The position numbers and the translations under genes are program-made. DNA of 20,000 nucleotides from Hydrurus foetidus (Eukaryota), in the NCBI GenBank assembly GCA_900617105.1, contig UYFQ01000652.1, positions 50,905 through 70,904 of the forward strand, read 5' to 3'. Under the pieces are notes generated by a model, which saw only the letters and a program-made list of their open reading frames with translations, did no database searches and was not told the origin of the DNA. Each line of letters starts with the position of its first letter. The first letter of the stretch is position 1. This document shows positions 9,986 through 18,400 of the stretch, one piece after another.

Positions 9986-11057
9986 ATTTACATTTAACTT
10001 TCCTTCGTCTTTATCCTGAGTAGTGTCACAGGCATATGCGCATACATTTAGAGACCGTATCGATGCATATGTACCTATATTCTCTCATATATTTACATAT
10101 TCAGAACAGAAAATTCCACATGCAATCCATTTTTAAGTACCTATCTGCGACAACAATCCCCAATCACATCAATTATCGTAAACGTGAACAAATGCTCATG
10201 CTTTTTGCCCCCAAAAATACTTGTCGAAAAAAAATAAAAAAATAAAAAAAGATTATCGCTGCAATCGCATTTTCGACAGGAACTCAGATCGCTACAGTTT
10301 TTTCGATTTTTCTCCTCAAATAATGGTCTGATCGGGATTCTGAGCGTATTTCCGATCTACTGCATAATTTGTTTTTTTGGAGTGCCTGGAACTCGGAACT
10401 AAAAATCCCGGACCTTGGATCTGGTTCCGTAATTAATGAAAAATACTGATTTCCACCGCAATTGAATCGTGACTGAGATTGAAAGTTGAAAGTTGGAACC
10501 ATTCAGATGTGATTCGATTAGCGAGTAGACTCCGGTAGACTTCCCACTGACGGCAATGCAGCATTCACGCCTGCGACACTCGGTGATTAGTGGACGATGA
10601 ATTTCTATTTGACTCAAAGTTGCGTTGGCAAATCTATGCCTTCGGCGTCGTGTAACTCGACATCTCCAGCACAAGAAGACGCTTTCGATGGAGAAAGCTT
10701 GATGATCATGCACGAAACTGCACCTTCAGCAAGAACTCCGACCGAAGCAATCATGAGAGATAATTATAACGTCAACGTAGCAGCAATGGATACGGCAAAC
10801 GACATCATGGAAGAGAACTATGATCAGCAAGAGGCGAATTTCGATCTCGACGAGGCTGGAGTGGATTCGGAGAATTTAGTCGACGGCCATAATATCATTG
10901 TGCTTAATCAAGATGAGTCTATGGCAGACGAAGTCATAATCGTTGCCCCGCCGCAAAAAGTTGCTAGCATATTCGGAAATGTGGGAACACGGTGCGACCC
11001 AGAAGAAGTCATAGCCGCAGGATGTGCAACCTTTGCAGTGCCGCAGGGTTGGATTAG

Positions 11058-11136
11058 GTCAGAGTGGAGTGATTTAATCACCTTGACCTACTGACAAACG
11101 AATCCAATTTCATTCCATCATTTTGAAATACAACAG
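11058..11136 (+). other. GT-AG intron 1 of the hAT-like gene (79 nt)
   Basis: ATTAG|GTCAGA...CAACAG|AATC. A phase-2 join links the 10597 and 11123 ORFs. Confidence 0.7.
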
Positions 11137-11398
11137 AATCCCAACGCCTATCACTAAATGCTCAGTTATATACGGATATGGACTCATTTGTGAGCGAGCA
11201 GTTGCAAATCGACCTTCGGAAAGATTTTTCTACTGTCAGGCGCATTTCACATGCAGGAGAGCAGCCAGCAAATTCAAAATGCCCAATGGAGGGACATCAG
11301 GTGCTGCCGATCAGGTGCTGCCGATCATTTAGCCAACAAACACGGCATTCGAGCACAGAAGACTATCATGGTCGAAGAAAAGCGTACTGCCCTTGTCG

Positions 11399-11654
11399 GT
11401 AAGTACATATGCACAATATTGTGCATAATTGCACAATACTCTAAACTTTGCTTTTAGATAAATACGTCATAATCCTAAAATCCACCTCGACTCTTGTCAC
11501 CTCACATCACCACCTTATCCCAACTCAACTCACCTCGCCTCGTCTCACCTCACCTCACCTCATATCACCTCACCTCATACTCACTTAATCTCACCTTTAC
11601 CTCACATACACCCAATTAAATTGACTGTCAAAATATATATGTAATGTTGACTAG
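11399..11654 (+). other. GT-AG intron 2 of the hAT-like gene (256 nt)
   Basis: GTCG|GTAAGT...TTGACTAG|GTCAC. A phase-1 join is in frame with the 11675 ORF. Confidence 0.8.
11497..11606. repeat. Degenerate (CCTCA)n pentanucleotide repeat, intronic
   Basis: CTCACCTCACCTCACCTCATATCACCTCACCTCA and variants. Confidence 0.8.
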
Positions 11655-12143
11655 GTCACGTACAGAGTATTGTAATGAGTCCGGAGTTCAATAAGAACAA
11701 AAATAGAGTGAAAGCGCTTACATGGGTTATGAATTGTGTTATCTTTCACTTTTTACCCTTCGACTTTTGTACCCACCCTATAATAAGAACCACTTTCGAC
11801 GTCATGACTGACGGGGTGCGAACAATGCCATACGAATCTCTACATCCAAAAGCAATCAGACATCTAATAGTTGAGATATACACTGCCCTAAAGGACGTAA
11901 TAGTAGATATCATTCAGAAAAACAGTAATGATATGCCAATTCCTAACGTGCACTTTACCGTTGACAAAGTAAAAAGCAAAGTCTCAAGTGATAATTACCT
12001 TGGCCTTAGAGTGTTTCTTTTAGACAAAGTAGGAAAATATCGAAGCATAAATCTTTCCATTAAAGAGTATCTACCATCAAGTAGTTTTAAAGCTTCGTTA
12101 GTCCTCAATACTTGGCTTACGCACTCTTTCAAAGAGTTCGACC

Positions 12144-13031
12144 TGTGGCTCCCTCAGGGTCTGCTACCCCATTCAGCCGATTAGATGCTGTTTCCACCTT
12201 AGTACCTTCGTGTTCACAGCCACGACTATCAGTCACTAGCTAGTTTGTGCTGCTTTGCAGAAGTTACTAGCGTACCTTCTGCTCTCAACCCTAACTAACC
12301 AGCTTCTTTTAGCCTTTAGACCTCCCTTCTCTTTGCCTTCCAAGGTCACAGTAGATCTACTTCCTTTAGTTTCTCTTCTTTAGACCCTATCCTCCTACTC
12401 TAAGCTACCATCCTCTACGCTACCCTGCTGCCCTAACTCTCCCGATTACCTGCGTGGAGAATCTCGAATTTTATTCGAAATTCTCGTTTGCGAGCAATTC
12501 TTACTATCGCGAGCAAGTCTCCGAAGTCTGGTCGCCGTAAACTTAGTCACTCGGAATCTCCCGATACTTGACTATTTTGTGGTTGCTTGAGTTTCATCTC
12601 AGCAATCCCATACTATTGTGCAGAGTTAACTCCGTTAACTTCTGCCCAGTTTCGCTTCAAGCTTGCTTGATTGACGTCCGTGGATAGCTTTGTCTTCCAC
12701 GCCGTTCTCGTAGTCACTCGGGTTGAGATTTCTCTCCCGATACTTGACTGTCTTGTGGTTGCTTGAGTTTCATCTCAGCAATCCCAAATTTTTGTGCAGA
12801 GTTAACTCAGTTAACTTCTGCCCATCTCTCGCCGCAAGCTTTGCTTGGCTGACGTCCGTGGATAGCTTTGTCTTCCACGCCGTTCTCGTGGTTGGTCGAG
12901 CAAGTCTCCCAATCCCGGCTCATTCTGTACGGATTGATTCATTCATCCGTCCAGACTTTATTTGACTTATTTCACTTCGCCTAATCGTCTGTTTGATTTT
13001 CATCCAAACGGCACGAGGCGAAGCCCTTGCA
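12144..13031 (+). repeat. Putative 5' LTR of the gypsy element (about 888 bp)
   Basis: hAT-like coding stops after KEFD at TGTGGC (12144) and composition switches to pyrimidine-rich. The segment ends ...CCTTGCA just before ATTTTTTT and the PBS. The 3' LTR is not in the window. Confidence 0.65.
12544..12889 (+). repeat. Two tandem units of about 170-180 bp (12544-12710, 12711-12889) inside the LTR, each a string of hairpins
   Basis: Both units read TAGTCACTCGG...TCTCCCGATACTTGACT...GTGGTTGCTTGAGTTTCATCTCAGCAATCCCA...GCAGAGTTAACTCnGTTAACTTCTGCCCA...TGACGTCCGTGGATAGCTTTGTCTTCCACGCCGTTCTCG. Confidence 0.92.
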
Positions 13032-13039
13032 ATTTTTTT

Positions 13040-13053
13040 TGGCGACTTCCGCT
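13040..13053 (+). promoter_or_regulatory. Putative primer-binding site, copy 1 (possibly tRNA-Arg)
   Basis: TGGCGACTTCCGCT follows CA and a T run, about 33 nt before the gag ATG. It resembles the TGGCGACTCC(A/G)CT tRNA-Arg PBS of Ogre/Tat gypsy elements. Confidence 0.7.
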
Positions 13054-13086
13054 ACTTAAAATTGTCAAGACATAAGTCATTTAACA

Positions 13087-15369
13087 ATGCCGTTATCCGA
13101 TGACTCTTCGGAGATATCGCCGTCGCTCGCCGAATTGACTACTCAATTAATTCCGGCAGCGACGACAGTTGCGACAATCCAGTCGACAACAACAACACCG
13201 ACAGCAGTAGCTGCGTCTGACAGAACTGATCGCCCGGTATTCCCAGTAACAATACTGGGACCTACCAACAGTTCCAATCAGGCGCCGCCTAATCGTCATA
13301 ACGACGACGACGACGACGACGACGACATTCAGACGACGCGACAACATGACAATGTCACGTTGCGTTCGTCAGACGCAAATCGTCAGCAGACACGCCATAA
13401 CGGCAACCCTGACCGGGATGATGACGACGGCGATACCAACCCTCGTCGCCGTGTAGATTCACCCCCACAACGATACCTCCGTCGTCAGGGCCTCGACAGT
13501 TACGACAACTCAACTCGTCGGAATAACCTCGTCGACGGAGATGCAACGGGCGACGACTCGCCCACTCAGAACCAACAAAGTGGTAGCGAAGACGGTGGTG
13601 ACGGTAATCGTTACGATAACCGTCAACGCCACGAGTCTAACCAACGTCAATACAATGACGATAATCGAAACAACAACGATTATCGACGTTCTAATGATGA
13701 CAATCAAGGTCACAACGACAATCGTCGTACCTACGATGACTCCAACCCTCCCAGGGACAACCGTAACACGGGCCCTTCATACGGTACGGAGCACCGTAAC
13801 GACAACCGTTACGATAACGATGGACGTCAATATAACGATGATCGCCGCAATGACAATCAACGTCAGAGCGATAATCGTCGTTATAACGACAATTACCGTC
13901 AGAATGACGACAACCACGACTACGACAACGATGGTCGTCGCGGCTACGACACCCCATTCAACGACGACAACAGACGTCAATACGACGATCGACGCAACAG
14001 CGACAATCGTCGCAACGACGACAACCCACGTCAGAATGACGGGCGTCGCGATCACGACTATCGCCAACAAGACGACAACCCTAACAGGGATAATCGCAGA
14101 GACACTTTCCAACGTCACAACGATAACCCCCAAAGGGATAATCGTAATTACGAGGATTCTCGTCGTAATGACAACCCAAACAGGGGAAATTATTCGACTA
14201 ACACTCGCGGTTTCGATAGTTTTCGCGACGACAACAATGACAGTTTCCGTCAGGGAGACAACAACTCCAATAGGAGAAGTCGTCGAGAACCCCCACAGGG
14301 TCACGATGACAGTCCCCCAAGGGACTATCCTCAAGGAGACAATCGTCGCCAACAGGATACCTCCAACCGGGGCAACCGTAATACTGACGGTCGTCAGTAC
14401 AACGACAACCAGTACGAGGACGAACGTGCGACTCCACGGACAACCGTACGCGTTACCGACAATCCTCGACTACTCGAGAGTCGCGATACGCGCATCCCCG
14501 AAAATGTGGAGACAATAACCCGCACAGCGGACGTTCCTCGCAAACGCGCGTCACCTCCACAAGAGGGTCCCACATCACGCAAGCGACAAGCTTCCCCACC
14601 AGGGTCACCGGAACGGCCTACATACGTACGTACGTTCACCGGTGACAAGGATTACAACCCACAACCCCAACGAGTCATCCAGGAGATCCCAAGGGAAATT
14701 CGGGTTCCTAACCCACTCCCCTTGGATCCTCCAGACATCGTGGTACTGCCTGCAACGGATCGCATAATCGATTACGAGCAGCAGACAGCAGCATTCCGTG
14801 CACAAACTGCAGGGGGCGGTCCCGACCCCAATGCAGCGCACCCGGTACGACCACCGATACCACGGTACATACATGATCGTACGTCACCGATCAACATACC
14901 CGCGGTACAGTTTGCCACACCCAATGCGGCATCTACAGCGCTTGTAGTGGGTGGCCGTGCTGTGGACGATGGTTCGCGACCCATCTCCGCTATTGCCTTG
15001 CAAACGGTACTTTACGTTCTCAACGTAAATGCGTCAGGCATTATTGGACAAGAGGCCGCACGGGAGTTTTTCGAACACTCCCAGAGGTGGACCAACAACT
15101 ATGATGTTGGTCAAGTCATCTCGACTAAAGCAGTCAGGTGTATCGATGATCAGATCCATACGGATCAAGATTATCCATATGCGGAAGAGACACGTAAAGT
15201 GTGGCTCCAAACACTGACTGTCCCTCAAGTCGCGCAATTAGTCCTGCGCTACTTTCGCGCGGACACACAGCTGGGGCAGTCACTAGCTGAGCATTTCTCG
15301 GAAGTCCATCTCGCCTTTTGTTACAACAAAAGGGAGATTGAGATGCGCTGCAAGGCGAAGCCCTTGTAA
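13087..15369 (+). CDS. gag: Gag copy 1: uninterrupted 760-aa ORF, C-terminally truncated by the duplication junction, with a long low-complexity N-terminal region
   Basis: ACAATG start just after the PBS. Colinear with copy 2 up to EIEMRC, then reads KAKPL* from the junction. It lacks the CCHC knuckle that copy 2 reaches. Confidence 0.8.
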   Translation: MPLSDDSSEISPSLAELTTQLIPAATTVATIQSTTTTPTAVAASDRTDRPVFPVTILGPTNSSNQAPPNRHNDDDDDDDDIQTTRQHDNVTLRSSDANRQQTRHNGNPDRDDDDGDTNPRRRVDSPPQRYLRRQGLDSYDNSTRRNNLVDGDATGDDSPTQNQQSGSEDGGDGNRYDNRQRHESNQRQYNDDNRNNNDYRRSNDDNQGHNDNRRTYDDSNPPRDNRNTGPSYGTEHRNDNRYDNDGRQYNDDRRNDNQRQSDNRRYNDNYRQNDDNHDYDNDGRRGYDTPFNDDNRRQYDDRRNSDNRRNDDNPRQNDGRRDHDYRQQDDNPNRDNRRDTFQRHNDNPQRDNRNYEDSRRNDNPNRGNYSTNTRGFDSFRDDNNDSFRQGDNNSNRRSRREPPQGHDDSPPRDYPQGDNRRQQDTSNRGNRNTDGRQYNDNQYEDERATPRTTVRVTDNPRLLESRDTRIPENVETITRTADVPRKRASPPQEGPTSRKRQASPPGSPERPTYVRTFTGDKDYNPQPQRVIQEIPREIRVPNPLPLDPPDIVVLPATDRIIDYEQQTAAFRAQTAGGGPDPNAAHPVRPPIPRYIHDRTSPINIPAVQFATPNAASTALVVGGRAVDDGSRPISAIALQTVLYVLNVNASGIIGQEAAREFFEHSQRWTNNYDVGQVISTKAVRCIDDQIHTDQDYPYAEETRKVWLQTLTVPQVAQLVLRYFRADTQLGQSLAEHFSEVHLAFCYNKREIEMRCKAKPL

Positions 15370-15376
15370 TTTTTTT

Positions 15377-15390
15377 TGGCGACTTCCGCT
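15377..15390 (+). promoter_or_regulatory. Putative primer-binding site, copy 2 (internal, no full LTR in front)
   Basis: TGGCGACTTCCGCT is repeated. The preceding LTR end reads CCTTGTA rather than CCTTGCA. Confidence 0.65.
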
Positions 15391-15423
15391 ACTTAAAATT
15401 GTCAAGACATTAGTCATTTAACA

Positions 15424-18400
15424 ATGCCGTTATCCGATGACTCTTCGGAGATATCGCCGTCGCTCGCCGAATTGACTACTCAATTAATTCCGGCAGCGAC
15501 GACAGTTGCGACAATCCAGTCGACAACAACAACACCGACAGCAGTAGCTGCGTCTGACAGAACTGATCGCCCGGTATTCCCAGTAACAATACTGGGACCT
15601 ACCAACAGTTCCAATCAGGCGCCGCCGAATCGTCATAACGACGACGACGACGACGACATTCAGACGACGCGACAACATGACAATGTCACGTTGCGTTCGT
15701 CAGACGCAAATCGTCAGCAGACACGCCATAACGGCAACCCTGACCGGGATGATGACGACGGCGATACTAACCCTCGCCGCCGTATAGATTCACCCCCACA
15801 ACGATACCTCCGTCGTCAGGGCCTCGACAGTTACGACAACTCAACTCGTCGGAATAACCCCGTCGACGGAGATGCAACGGGCGACTACTCGCCCACTCAG
15901 AATCAACAGAGTGGTAGCGAAGACGGTGGTGACGGTAATCGTTACGATAACCGTCAACGCCACGATCCTAGCCAACGTCAATACAATGACGATAATCGAA
16001 ACAACAACGATTATCGACGTTCTAATGATGACAATCAAAGTCACAACGACAATCGTCGTACCTACGATGACTCCAACCCTCCCAGGGACAACCGTAACAC
16101 GGGCCCTTCATACGGTACGGAGCACCGTAACGACAACCGTTACGATAACGATGGACGTCAATATAACGATGATCGCCGCAATGACAATCAACGTCAGAGC
16201 GATAATCGTCGTTATAACGACAATTACCGTCAGAATGACGACAACCACGACTACGACAACGATGGTCGTCGCGGCTACGACACCCCATTCAACGACGACA
16301 ACAGACGTCAATACGACGATCGACGCAACAGCGACAATCGTCGCAACGACGACAACCCACGTCAGAATGACGGGCGTCGCGATCACGACTATCGCCAACA
16401 AGACGACAACCCTAACAGGGATAATCGCAGAGACACTTTCCAACGTCACAACGATAAACCCCAAAGGGTAATAATCGTAATTACGAGGATTCTCGTCGTA
16501 ATGACAACCCAAACAGGGGAAATTATTCGACTAACACTCGCGGTTTCGATATTTTTCGCGACGACAACAACGACAGTTTCCGTCAGGGAGACAACAACCC
16601 CAATAGGAGAAGTCGTCGAGAACCCCACAGGGTTACGATGACAGTCCCCCAAGGGACTATCCTCAAGGAGACAATCGTCGCCAACAGGATACCTCCAACC
16701 GGGGCAACCGTAATACTGACGGTCGTCAGTACAACGACAACCAGTACGAGGACGAACGTGCGACTCCACGGGCAACCGTACGCGTTACCGACAACTCTCG
16801 ACTACTCGAGAGTCGCGATACGCGCATCCCCGAAAATGTGGAGACAATAACCCGCACAGCGGACGTTCCTCGCAAACGCGCGTCACCTCCACAAGAGGGT
16901 CCCACATCACGCAAGCGACAAGCTTCCCCACCAGGGTCACCGGAACGGCCTACATACGTACGTACGTTCACCGGTGACACGGATTACAACCCACAACCCC
17001 AACGAGTCATCCAGGAGATCCCACGGGAAATTCGGGTTCCTAACCCACTCCCCTTGGATCCTCCAGACATCGTGATACTGCCTGCAACAGCTCGCATAAT
17101 CGATTACGAGCAGCAAACAGCAGCATTCCGAGCTGCAGGGGGCGGTCCCGACCCCAATGCAGCGCACCCGGTACGACCACCGATACCACGGTACATACAC
17201 GATCGTACGTCACCGATCAACGTACCCGCGGTACAGTTTGCCACACCCAATGCGGCACCTACAGCGCTTGTAGTGGGTGGCCGTGCTGTGGACGATGGTT
17301 CCCGACCCATCTCCGCTATTGCCTTGCAAACGGTACTTTACGTTCTCAACGTAAATGCGTCAGGCATTATTGGACAAGAGGCCGCACGGGAGTTTTTCGA
17401 ACACTCCCAGAGGTGGACCAACAACTATGATGTTGGTCAAGTCATCTCGACTAAAGCAGTCAGGTGTATCGATGATCAGATCCATACGGATCAAGATTAT
17501 CCATATGCGGAAGAGACACGTAAAGTGTGGCTCCAAACACTGACGGTCCCTCAAGTAGCAATTAGTCCTGCGCTACTTTCGCGCGGACACACAGCTGGGG
17601 CAGTCACTAGCTGAGCATTTCTCAGAAGTCCATCTCGCCTTTTGTTACAACAAAAGGGAGATTGAGATGCGCTGCATGACTCAGTTTCGTGAGGTGGTGG
17701 AGAACCATGTACAAGTACATGGCCCACTCAGCACCTCCGACCATGCTGCACTCACTCTCATCTTCGAGAAAAGATGCCTCTTAACGGTGCCATCACCGCC
17801 AAATACAAAGAGCATAAACGCGTCAACCCGCATGACGTGGACGATTGGGAATTCGCGATGCGTCGCTTCTTCTCCCAAGTCAATGCGGTACGCCAACTTC
17901 AGCTACACGTAGCGGCTTTTGGGGACCCCAACGACATTTATTGTCACCCCGCTACCCAAAATCCATACGGGTTGTCTCTCACGACGAACCCCAAAACCCT
18001 GTTGGTTGGTGCGGCACTCCCAGCTTTACCACCGCTGGCACTGCCAACAACACCACTCCGACAGTGTAACTCGTGTGGACACATGGACCATCTGCTGAAA
18101 ACTGCCCACACATGTGGATGGTGGATTCAAACACCAACCACAATGTTCCGTGGGACCACTCCAACATGGGTCGCACGTGGGCACAATACGGTCATGCGAC
18201 CTACCCTATCAATGATCGCATCCCTGGTCTGGGCCGCTTCAAAATCCACATACCCCGTCGTGAAACAAATTTCACTGATGAGGTACTGAATAAAACTCAG
18301 CCCCCAGGGGGTGGTCAGAAGAAAAAATACCAAGGGAACCCCAATCATGGGGGGAACTATAATCGAGGTCCCACCAACAAACCGCGATACGGTTCTGGTG

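Larger units (their letters stand above)
10597..12143 (+). pseudogene. Spliced hAT-like transposase with BED-type zinc finger; frameshifted and interrupted by the gypsy insertion
   Basis: Exons about 10597-11057, 11137-11398 and 11655-12143 join in phase (WIR|IPTP; LVG|HVQS). BED-like FYCQAHFTC...GTSGAADHLANKHGI. hAT-like FLPFDF, HFTVD (first catalytic D), YLGLRVF and LTHSFKEFDL. The start codon is uncertain. Confidence 0.8.
13016..17676 (+). repeat. Head-to-tail duplication: copy 1 13016-15352, copy 2 15353-17676
   Basis: Junction ...GAGATGCGCTGCA|AGGCGAAGCCCTTG. The ATGs at 13087 and 15424 are 2337 nt apart. The copies are near-identical with scattered substitutions and indels. Confidence 0.97.

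Noticed and set aside
6340..10440. TIR pair and TA target duplication for the pogo element; 5' TIR of the hAT-like element
   Set aside because: No convincing inverted match found. CTGAGTA near 6356 and 10016 is in direct orientation, and the GATC/CCGG-rich tract at about 10280-10430 has no definable terminus.
12544..12889. Hammerhead ribozyme or CRISPR-like array in the LTR repeats
   Set aside because: No CUGANGA...GAAA core was found on either strand (the minus-strand CTGAGATGAAAC does not fit), and there is no repeat/unique-spacer pattern. Other ribozyme classes could not be excluded by eye.
13510..16775. Long T/I/V-rich alternate-frame and antisense ORFs (e.g. 13541-14518, 13777-14352, 15872-16471)
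   Set aside because: Shadows of the GAC/AAC/CGT-rich gag low-complexity region, with no independent motifs.
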